Shown one piece after another: positions 56,416-64,000 of a DNA stretch of 64,000 nt (position 1 is the stretch's first letter; the number at the start of each line of letters is the position of its first letter). This DNA is from Pseudomonadota bacterium (GTDB lineage: Bacteria; Pseudomonadota; Alphaproteobacteria; Micavibrionales; UBA2020), in the NCBI GenBank assembly GCA_021849295.1, contig JAJZTA010000007.1, forward strand, positions 64,007 to 128,006, read 5' to 3'. Both the position numbers and the translations under genes were made by a program. Below the pieces are notes generated by a model that was not told where the DNA came from, ran no database searches, and saw only the letters and a list, made by a program, of their open reading frames with translations.

Positions 56416-59051
56416 TTCAGGCTTTTGGATACAATTTCATACACATCGTTGGAAATATCCTTCTCTGACAGGATGCGTTTTAATTCATTTTCCATCAAGA
56501 GCTTTCTTTCGGCGTCGTATTTCCGCCACTGGCGCAGCGGCGTGAGCAGACGCGCCGCGGTGGAGGGGTTGATGGCGTTGAGCTTGATCACGGTTTCGGC
56601 GAGGATTCTGTAGCCCGCGCCGTCGTCGCGATGGAACCACTTGTGGTTGGCGGCGGAGAAGTTGCCGATCAGCGCGCGCAGGCGGTTGGGGTTTTTATAG
56701 GTAAAATCATGATGTTGCAGCAGACGGGTGACGACTTCCGGCGCGTCGGCGCGGTCGGCGAGGGCTTGCAGGCCGAACCATTTGTCGATCACCAGCGGGT
56801 CTTGCTTCCATGTTTTGTAGAAGTCGTCGAAGGCGTAGAGCGCGGCCTGCGTCTTCGTGTCGCCGAGGATGGCGAGCGCGGCGGTTTTGTCGGTCATGTT
56901 GTGCGCGGATTTATATTGCGCGAGCGCCAGCTCTGCGCCGAGGCTCGTATCCGCTGCGAGGATGTAGCGGAGCGCGATGTTCTTCAGCCTGCGCCTGCCG
57001 ACGGCTTGCGGCGAAACGGAGTAAGCGCCGGCATCGGCGTTTTCCGCGTAGAGACTTTGCAGCTCGGCGAGATATCTCTTGCCGATGCTTGAAACGATCA
57101 ATTTTCGTGCCGCGTGGATGCCGTCGACGTCGATCACGTCTTGCAATTGCGCGAGATAATTCTCCGACGGCAGGGTCAGCGCCTTGGCGATCAGCGCCTT
57201 GTCGGCGGTTTTGTCGGCGATCAGCTTGCCGAAAGCGTCATAGAGCGCCTCGGGCAGGCGGTGCGGCTTGGCGAGGATCAGCCGCTGCAAATAGGTCTGG
57301 CCCGCGTCCCAGCGGTTGAAGCCGTCGGAATCGTGTGCCATGAGGAACAGAAGGTCGCCGTCGGTGAGGGGCGTTTTGATCTTCACCGGCGCCGAGAATT
57401 GCCGCAGGATCGACGGCACGGGCTTTTCCGCTACGTTTTCGAAGAAGAACGTCTCTTGCTTGGCGCGCAGCTCGAGCAGGCGCGTCTTTTCCGGCAGAAT
57501 GTCCTTCCCGTCGTTGCCGAGCAGCCCGACGAGGATCGGCATGTGCATCGGCTGCTTGTTCGTCTGGCCGGCGGTATCGGGAATGTGTTGCGAGAGCGTC
57601 AGCGTGTAGATTTTCTTCTTCCCGTCGTAGCTGTCCTTGGCGGCGATCTCCGGCGTGCCGGCTTGTGAATACCAGAGCTTGAACTGCGAAAGATCGATGC
57701 CTGAGGCGTCCTGCATGCACTGCACGAAGTCGTCGCAGGTGACCGCCTGCCCGTCGAAGCGCTTGAAATACAAATCCGTGCCCTTGCGGTAGTTCTCCGG
57801 CCCCAGCAGCGTGTGCATCATGCGGATGACTTCCGCGCCCTTTTCGTAGACGGTCGGCGTGTAGAAATTGTTGATCTCGATGTAATTGTCGGGACGGATG
57901 GGGTGCGCCATCGGCCCCGCGTCCTCGGCGAACTGCGCGGCGCGCAGGTGATCCACGTCGTCGATGCGGCTGACGCCGGAGGCGTCGGTATGTTTTGCGC
58001 CGGAGGCGTCGGTGTGCCTTTCGTCGGCGGCGTTCATGTCGGCGGAGAAGCTCTGGTCGCGGAAGACGGTCAGGCCTTCCTTCAGCGAGAGCTGAAACCA
58101 GTCGCGGCAGGTGATGCGGTTGCCCGTCCAGTTGTGGAAGTATTCGTGCGCGACGACACCTTCGATGGAGAGAAAGTCGCCGTCGGTCGCGGTCTCGGGC
58201 TTGGCCAGCACGAGGCGGGCGTTGAAGATGTTGAGGCTCTTGTTCTCCATCGCGCCGAAGTTGAAATCGTTGACGGCGACGATGTTGAACAGGTCGAGGT
58301 CGTATTCGCGGCCGTATTTTTCCTCGTCCCATTTCATCGCTTTTTTGAGCGATTCCATCGCGTGGCCGCATTTGTCCTCGTTGCCGCGGTTGACGTGGAT
58401 GTAAAGGTCGACCTTTTTGCCGTTCATGGTTTTGAAGGTGTCGTGCACGGTGGCGAGGTCGCCCGCGACGAGCGCGAAGAGATAGCACGGCTTGGGGAAC
58501 GGGTCGCGCCACACGGCGAAGTGCCGCCCGCCCGCAAGCTCGCCCTTGTCGGTGCAGTTGCCGTTGGAGAGCAGCACGGGGCAGGTTTTCTTGTCCGCCG
58601 CGATGCGCGTGGTGAAGGTCGTCATCACGTCGGGGCGGTCGAGGTAATAGGTGATCTTGCGAAAGCCTTCGGGCTCGCACTGCGTGCAATAGTTGCCGCC
58701 CGAGCTGTAGAGCCCTTCGAGCGCGGTGTTTTTCTCCGGATGGATTTCGGTCACGACTTCGAGCGTGAAGCGGTCGGGCACGTCGGAGATCGTGAGCGTG
58801 TCTTCGTCCGCGGTGAAGCGGTTGGCGGAGAGCTTCTCGCCGTCGAGCGCGACGGATTTCAGCGTCATGTTCTGCCCGTCGAGGATGAGGTCTTTCGCCT
58901 CCGGATTGGCGCGCTTGAATTTTGTTTTGGCGGTGACGGTGGTCACGCCGTCGCGGATGTCGAAATCGAGCGCGATGCTGTCGATCTTGAAATCGGGCTT
59001 TTTGTAATCTTTGAGGAATTTCGGCTGCGGGGCGTTGTCTGAGCGGAACAT
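56412..59051 (-). CDS. pepN: aminopeptidase N (M1)
   Basis: 879 aa with 'GAMEN' and 'HEYFHNWTGNR'. PepN-like throughout. Confidence 0.97.
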   Translation of the reverse strand: MFRSDNAPQPKFLKDYKKPDFKIDSIALDFDIRDGVTTVTAKTKFKRANPEAKDLILDGQNMTLKSVALDGEKLSANRFTADEDTLTISDVPDRFTLEVVTEIHPEKNTALEGLYSSGGNYCTQCEPEGFRKITYYLDRPDVMTTFTTRIAADKKTCPVLLSNGNCTDKGELAGGRHFAVWRDPFPKPCYLFALVAGDLATVHDTFKTMNGKKVDLYIHVNRGNEDKCGHAMESLKKAMKWDEEKYGREYDLDLFNIVAVNDFNFGAMENKSLNIFNARLVLAKPETATDGDFLSIEGVVAHEYFHNWTGNRITCRDWFQLSLKEGLTVFRDQSFSADMNAADERHTDASGAKHTDASGVSRIDDVDHLRAAQFAEDAGPMAHPIRPDNYIEINNFYTPTVYEKGAEVIRMMHTLLGPENYRKGTDLYFKRFDGQAVTCDDFVQCMQDASGIDLSQFKLWYSQAGTPEIAAKDSYDGKKKIYTLTLSQHIPDTAGQTNKQPMHMPILVGLLGNDGKDILPEKTRLLELRAKQETFFFENVAEKPVPSILRQFSAPVKIKTPLTDGDLLFLMAHDSDGFNRWDAGQTYLQRLILAKPHRLPEALYDAFGKLIADKTADKALIAKALTLPSENYLAQLQDVIDVDGIHAARKLIVSSIGKRYLAELQSLYAENADAGAYSVSPQAVGRRRLKNIALRYILAADTSLGAELALAQYKSAHNMTDKTAALAILGDTKTQAALYAFDDFYKTWKQDPLVIDKWFGLQALADRADAPEVVTRLLQHHDFTYKNPNRLRALIGNFSAANHKWFHRDDGAGYRILAETVIKLNAINPSTAARLLTPLRQWRKYDAERKLLMENELKRILSEKDISNDVYEIVSKSLK
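57969..58022 (-). repeat. in-frame 24-bp tandem duplication inside pepN
   Basis: DNA units 57975-57998 and 57999-58022 match at 20 of 24 positions and encode 'HTDASGAK' and 'HTDASGVS'. Confidence 0.8.
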
Positions 59052-59200
59052 ATTTATCTCCGGGGGCTGTCTCCGTTATTCATAAGGGCGGGAATGCGCG
59101 CGTTTGCCCAATCTAGCATAAAACCGGAGTGCTTTAAATCGGGGTTTTGAGGGTAGAATGGGCGGATTCGCGGTGATTTTTAAACCGTAAAGGCATAGGT

Positions 59201-59756
59201 ATGACAGAAAACATAGAACCTCTTTCAAAAGATGAAGAGAACGAACTATTTAGGCTCTACAAATTTTTTATTCAGGAAGCTGGTAGATGTAAGGAAGCAA
59301 AAGCGTATCATGCAGGCTGTATAATGCTTGGAAGTGCTTTGGAAGCAATATTGATTTTGTTTGTCGATCTGTACCGTGAAAAAGTACTGGCAACAGGGAA
59401 ATGTCACAAAAAAAAAGAAGAAAATACTCCCATTATTAGAGTGGGATTTATATCATTTGTTGGGTGTTGCGAAGGCTGCAGGATGGTTGCCCAATGCTCT
59501 TGATCATAATGAGGACGAATGGGATGAAGAAAAGGCAAAGATTGGTGACTATGCACAACTCATTCACGACGTAAGAAATTACGTGCATCCGGGAAGGCAT
59601 ACGAAGGAATATTATAACCTAGAGATAACAGAAGATTTTTATTCTGAGTTGTCAAAGGTGTTGGAATATTGTCAAAAATGGCTCGAGGCATATAATGCAA
59701 AGGCTCTGCTAAAAGCGCTTGAGGAAGGGAAAAGGGACCAGCCTGTGACAGAATAA
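59201..59756 (+). pseudogene. AT-rich hypothetical gene interrupted at an A9 tract
   Basis: ORF 59201-59503 and ORF 59361-59756 overlap in different frames around A9 (59408-59416). An A8 tract would give one ~184-aa protein ('...ATGKCHKKKKKILPLLEWDLYHLLG...LIHDVRNYVHPGR...'). Confidence 0.55.
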
Positions 59757-59763
59757 TTTTTTC

Positions 59764-59828
59764 CGGTCAAATACGGACAAATGCGGGTGGTTCGCAGACA
59801 AATGCAGGTCATTTGCGGACAAATGCGG
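59764..59828 (+). repeat. phased array of four CGGACAAATGCGG-like direct repeats
   Basis: cggtcaaatacgg at 59764, cggacaaatgcgg at 59774, cagacaaatgcag at 59795, cggacaaatgcgg at 59816. Spacings are 10, 21 and 21 bp. A partial inverted copy (catttgc) lies at 59810-59816. Confidence 0.8.
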
Positions 59829-59933
59829 ACAGCATGAGAAGCACGAAAAACCCTTTATTTACTTGACTTTTTACGCGTCATATGATCAAATGGTGGTGCT
59901 TTTGCGGTGGTGAAAACCATCCCTGTGCAACAT

Positions 59934-59972
59934 AAAAAGACCCGCTTGGCGCTTGCCCTTGCGGGTCTTTTT
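59934..59972. terminator. bidirectional intrinsic terminator
   Basis: A-run, 8-bp stem AGACCCGC / GCGGGTCT with a 15-nt loop, then a T-run. Lies 34 nt beyond the stop of the minus-strand gene ending at 60006. Confidence 0.6.
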
Positions 59973-60005
59973 GCTATTGGAGATGAAAAGATTTTGAGAG
60001 AAAAC

Positions 60006-60509
60006 TCAGCGCTCGCAGGAACAGAAATCCACGAACTGCCCGAACAATCCGAGCCGCTTGTCGAGCGCCGCCATCGTTTTGGCGTGGTCGCGGGTGTCGT
60101 CTTTCAAAAACGTGTCGATGATGCTGGCGTAGAGCACGCCGAACGCCGCGACATGCCGTTTGCGCGCGGGCGCGTCGGCCAGCTGCAAAATCCGCTTCAT
60201 CGTCCCCCAGTAGCGGCGGGCGAGCTGCGGCACGGCGGCGGGGTCGGCGCGCACGAATTCCGGCAGGCGGGCGAGCCGCTTTTTATGCGGCGCGGCGAGG
60301 TCCACGCGCGTCATGACGATCTCGAACAGGTTTTCCCGCCAGTCGTCGGCGAGGTTGCCTTTGAGGATGCGGGCGGTCTCTTTTTCGATCCCGTCCAGCA
60401 AATCGAGCATGGAATCGAGATTGTCCGCCGGCTTTTTGCGGCCGGACGCCTTGGCTCCCGCCTTTTTGGAGGCGGATTTCTTATGGTTTATTTTGCGTTT
60501 TTGTGCCAT
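60006..60509 (-). CDS. hypothetical helical protein with Lys-rich N-terminus
   Basis: 167 aa from the in-frame ATG at 60507-60509. There is a vague COQ9/TetR_C-like helical pattern, but I cannot assign it. Confidence 0.5.
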   Translation of the reverse strand: MAQKRKINHKKSASKKAGAKASGRKKPADNLDSMLDLLDGIEKETARILKGNLADDWRENLFEIVMTRVDLAAPHKKRLARLPEFVRADPAAVPQLARRYWGTMKRILQLADAPARKRHVAAFGVLYASIIDTFLKDDTRDHAKTMAALDKRLGLFGQFVDFCSCER

Positions 60510-60549
60510 TGTTCTGTCTCTTGTCCATTCAATAACAGGGATTTCGCGC

Positions 60550-61545
60550 ATGAGCAAAGGTAATCTGGATGTCGTCGGCATCGGCAACGCAATCGTAGAC
60601 GTTTTATCAAAAACGGACGACGATTTCCTGCACAATAACGGCATCCGCAAGGGCACGATGACGCTGGTAGAGGCGGCGCAGGCCGAGGCGCTTTACGCCA
60701 AAATCGGCCCCGGCATGGAGGTCTCCGGCGGCTCTGCGGCGAACACCGCGGCGGCCTTGGCCTCGCTCGGCAGCAAGGCGGGCTTCATTGGCAAGGTGGC
60801 GCACGACCAGCTCGGCTCCGTCTTCCGCCACGACATTCAGGCCGCGGGCGTGACGTTCGAGACCGCGCCGCTCGTCAAGGGCGTGCCGACCGCGCGCTGC
60901 ATGGTGCTGATCACGCCCGACGCGCAGCGCACCATGAACACCTATCTCGGCGCCTGCGTCTACCTTTCGCCGGAGGATCTCGACGAGGAAATGATCTCGG
61001 GTGCGCAGGTGACCTATCTCGAAGGCTACCTCTTCGACCGCGACAACGCCAAGCGCGCGTTCTACAAAGCCGCGCAGATGGCGCACAAGGCGAAACGCAA
61101 AGTCGCGCTGTCGCTCTCCGATCCGTTCTGCGTCGACCGCCACCGCGAGGAGTTTATCGAGCTCGTCAACGACCATGTCGATATCCTCTTCGCCAACGAG
61201 GCGGAGATCATGTCGCTCTACAAGGCCAACGATTTCGAGGCCGCCATCTCCGCCGCGCGGGTGCAGAGCGAACTTTGCGCCATCACGCGCAGCGAGAAAG
61301 GTTCCGTCATCGTCAAGGACGGCGAGACCATCGAGATCAAGGCCGAACCCGTCGCCAAGGTCGTCGATACGACGGGCGCGGGCGATCTTTACGCCGCGGG
61401 CTTTCTGCATGGCTACACCAGCAACCGCGATTTGAAGACCTGCGGGCGCATGGCCTCCGTCGCCGCGGGCGAGATCATCGCGCAGGTCGGTGCAAGGCCG
61501 CAGCGCAGCCTCGCCGATCTTCTGAAGGCGAAGGACGCCGCATGA
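60550..61545 (+). CDS. adenosine kinase (PfkB family)
   Basis: 331 aa from the ATG at 60550, with 'GGSAANTA' and the 'DTTGAGDLYAAGFL' PfkB signature. Confidence 0.88.
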   Translation: MSKGNLDVVGIGNAIVDVLSKTDDDFLHNNGIRKGTMTLVEAAQAEALYAKIGPGMEVSGGSAANTAAALASLGSKAGFIGKVAHDQLGSVFRHDIQAAGVTFETAPLVKGVPTARCMVLITPDAQRTMNTYLGACVYLSPEDLDEEMISGAQVTYLEGYLFDRDNAKRAFYKAAQMAHKAKRKVALSLSDPFCVDRHREEFIELVNDHVDILFANEAEIMSLYKANDFEAAISAARVQSELCAITRSEKGSVIVKDGETIEIKAEPVAKVVDTTGAGDLYAAGFLHGYTSNRDLKTCGRMASVAAGEIIAQVGARPQRSLADLLKAKDAA

Positions 61546-63380
61546 TGTTTCGGGCGGGGAGGTTCTGTCTGGCGCTTGCGGTGCTGACGGTCTTCATTCC
61601 CTCGACCGCCCGCGCCGAGCATACCTACGCGCTGGCCATGAACGGCAAGCCACTCTATCCCGCGGACTTCAAGCACGTTGACTACGTCAATCCAAACGCG
61701 CCCAAGGGCGGCGCGCTGAAAATGGCGGTGGACGGCACGTTCGACAACCTCAACGGCAACATCATCTTCGGCAAGGACGCGGAGGGGCTCGGCTATATCA
61801 ACGACAAGCTGATGCAGCGGACGTGGAACGAGCCGTTTACCTTGTACGGGCTGGTGGCCGAGAGCGTCGACGTCGCGCCCGACAGATCGTGGATCGAATT
61901 CCACCTCAATCCCAAGGCGCGTTTTCACGACGGCGTTCCGATGACGGCGGAAGACGTGAAATGGAGCTTCGAGGCCTTGCGCAAATACGGCCTGCCGGTG
62001 CGCCGCCGCGTTTACGGGCTGGTGAAAAGCGTGAAAATCATTTCTCCGCACGATATCAAGTTCACCTTCGGCAAAGGCTATGACCGCGAAGACGTGATGA
62101 TCCTCGCCCTGATGCCGGTGCTGCCCGAGCATTACTGGGTCAAGCACGATATTTCGAAGACGACGCTGGTCCCGCCGCTGGGCAGCGGGCCTTATAAAAT
62201 CGCGTCCGTCGATCCGGGGCGGAAAATCGTTTATCAGCGCGTCAAAAACTACTGGGCGAAGGATCTGCCGGTCAATGTCGGGCTTTATAACTTCGATACG
62301 CTCGCCTACACCTATTACCGCGACGATTCCGCCGCGCTGATGGCCTTCAAGGCGGGGGATGAAAACCTGCGCATCGAGCAGAACATCAGCGACTGGATGA
62401 CGCGCTATGATTGCAGCCGTCTGCGCGACGGAGAAATGATCAAGGAGGAAATCCCGCATCACAGCCCGCCGCTGTTCCGCGCCATGATCTTCAACACCCG
62501 CCGCGCGATGTTCCACGACCGCCGCGTGCGCGAGGCGCTGGGGCTGGTGTTCAATTTCAACTGGATCAACCGCGTTTATTTTTACGGCAAGATGAAGCGC
62601 CTCACCAGCACCTTCGCCAATTCCGTTCTGGAGCCGAAAGGCAAGCCGCAAGGGCTGGAACTGTCGCTGCTGGAGAAATACAAAAAGAACCTGCCGCCGG
62701 AGGTGTTCGGCGATCCGTGGCAGCCGCCCGGCGCGAAGGCGCCTGATAAAAATTTAGGACGCGGAGCGTCCGGCGGCAACATGCGCGCGCGCGAGGCCAA
62801 GGCCATGGCGCTGCTGCAGCAGGCGGGGTGGGTTTATAGAGACGAGCGGCTCGTCAATGCCAAGACGGGACAGCCGTTCGGCTTCCAGATCATGATCCAC
62901 AATAGGCGGGACCAGAAAATCGCGCTCGCCTACGTGCGAGACCTTGCCCATATCGGCATCACGGCGCAGGTCCGCAAGGTGGATTCGGCGCAGTTCACCA
63001 GCCGCCTGAACGACTATGATTACGATATGGTTATCTGGCGCTGGTACAACTCTCTTTCTCCCGGCAACGAGCAGGTCGCCTACTGGGGCACCGCATCGGC
63101 GAAAATGCGCGGCGGACGCAATTATCCGGGCATCGAAAACCCTGCCATCGACGCGCTGGCGGAGAGCATCGGCTCTTCCAAAACCTACGCAGCCCTGACG
63201 GCAAGGGCGCAGGCGCTGGATCGCGCCCTGATGTGGGGGGATTACATGATTCCGCTCTACTATATGGGATACAACATGGTGGCGCACGACGCGGATATCC
63301 ACAGGCCGCAAAAAACACCAGCTTATGGAATTGTTTTGGAGGCGTTGTGGTCACAACCGCATAAAGGTAACGAACATTAA
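61542..63380 (+). CDS. ABC transporter substrate-binding protein, family 5 (YejA-like)
   Basis: 612 aa from the ATG at 61542, which forms ATGA with the upstream stop. Signal peptide and SBP_bac_5-like sequence. No permease gene follows in the window. Confidence 0.85.
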   Translation: MMFRAGRFCLALAVLTVFIPSTARAEHTYALAMNGKPLYPADFKHVDYVNPNAPKGGALKMAVDGTFDNLNGNIIFGKDAEGLGYINDKLMQRTWNEPFTLYGLVAESVDVAPDRSWIEFHLNPKARFHDGVPMTAEDVKWSFEALRKYGLPVRRRVYGLVKSVKIISPHDIKFTFGKGYDREDVMILALMPVLPEHYWVKHDISKTTLVPPLGSGPYKIASVDPGRKIVYQRVKNYWAKDLPVNVGLYNFDTLAYTYYRDDSAALMAFKAGDENLRIEQNISDWMTRYDCSRLRDGEMIKEEIPHHSPPLFRAMIFNTRRAMFHDRRVREALGLVFNFNWINRVYFYGKMKRLTSTFANSVLEPKGKPQGLELSLLEKYKKNLPPEVFGDPWQPPGAKAPDKNLGRGASGGNMRAREAKAMALLQQAGWVYRDERLVNAKTGQPFGFQIMIHNRRDQKIALAYVRDLAHIGITAQVRKVDSAQFTSRLNDYDYDMVIWRWYNSLSPGNEQVAYWGTASAKMRGGRNYPGIENPAIDALAESIGSSKTYAALTARAQALDRALMWGDYMIPLYYMGYNMVAHDADIHRPQKTPAYGIVLEALWSQPHKGNEH

Positions 63381-63444
63381 CCAATTGCTATTTTTTTTCT
63401 TGATAGAATAGGCTAACCTATCATTTCGGAGGGTTAACAAAGGG

Positions 63445-63990
63445 ATGGCTTCGATGAGATTCAAAACAGCTTCGGTTCTGGCGCTTGGCGGCGTGGCTTT
63501 GATGACGGCTTGCGCGCAGCTACCGCCGGTGGGTCAGGCATACTGGCAACGTGTTAACTCCGACTCCGCGCTCTATATGACGGGCCCGAAAGCGCAGCAA
63601 CGGCTCGACGACGATATCGCGTCCTGCGTGAATCAGGTGGACGAGCTGGTCCGTCTTGACGCCGTGCGCGAAGCCCTGCCGGCCGACACCTACAGCGACT
63701 ACCGCAACGCGCTGAAGGCCTCCGGCGATCTCTCCTATTACGATACGCCGACCCGCATGGGTGACAAAAAAGTGGCTGACGTGAACTTCCATGATTACGA
63801 AGGCTGCATGCGTTACAAGGGCTGGGAGCGTGTGCGCTATGTCCGCTACACGACGCTGGCCAAGGCGAACGGCGTCTATCAGGAGACGCATCAATACTGG
63901 AAGACAGGTTTGATGGGCCCCGCCGCCGAAACCGCCGATCAGAAGAAGATCGACGAGATGAACAGCAACTACGGCACGCTGAACAAGTAG
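63445..63990 (+). CDS. hypothetical lipoprotein
   Basis: Lipobox 'ALMTAC' after a signal sequence. 181 aa, no family recognised. Confidence 0.6.
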   Translation: MASMRFKTASVLALGGVALMTACAQLPPVGQAYWQRVNSDSALYMTGPKAQQRLDDDIASCVNQVDELVRLDAVREALPADTYSDYRNALKASGDLSYYDTPTRMGDKKVADVNFHDYEGCMRYKGWERVRYVRYTTLAKANGVYQETHQYWKTGLMGPAAETADQKKIDEMNSNYGTLNK

Positions 63991-64000
63991 TCTTCGGCCT

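Overview
High-GC, alphaproteobacterial-type chromosomal segment, densely coding on both strands. I support about 66 protein-coding loci and 2 tRNAs. I found no rRNA, CRISPR array, transposase or integrase. All family calls come from reading motifs in the supplied translations; no searches were run.

Housekeeping and metabolic content:
- tRNA-Trp-secE-nusG, and dnaG-rpoD with an adjacent tRNA(CAU).
- metF-metE, hemB, cspA, cmk, pgk, a DAHP synthase, an adenosine kinase, and two beta-carbonic anhydrases.
- Phasin plus phaB.
- Several peptidases: M1 PepN, M32, an M49-like enzyme, and proline iminopeptidase.
- A minus-strand tyrosine-catabolism operon, hppD-hmgA-(unknown membrane protein)-FAH-EamA-cupredoxin, joined by three ATGA stop/start overlaps.

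Most notable observations:
1. An orphan ZorA/ZorB-like (MotAB-like) pair at 29922-32285, with a long helical tail on the A subunit and no recognisable Zorya effector genes nearby.
2. An unusually high density of disrupted genes, 8 of about 66. Six frameshifts sit mostly at short homopolymer runs. Six in-frame nonsense codons are spread over three genes, including a BI-1/YccA gene with one each of TAA, TAG and TGA and no frameshift.
3. An unannotated 50-codon Cys-rich gene with its own promoter, RBS and terminator.
4. A 57-bp copy of the phaB 3' end flanking a lower-GC insert.
5. A 21-bp-phased array of CGGACAAATGCGG motifs beside a low-GC frameshifted gene.

Coordinates not anchored to the ORF track may be off by 1-2 nt.
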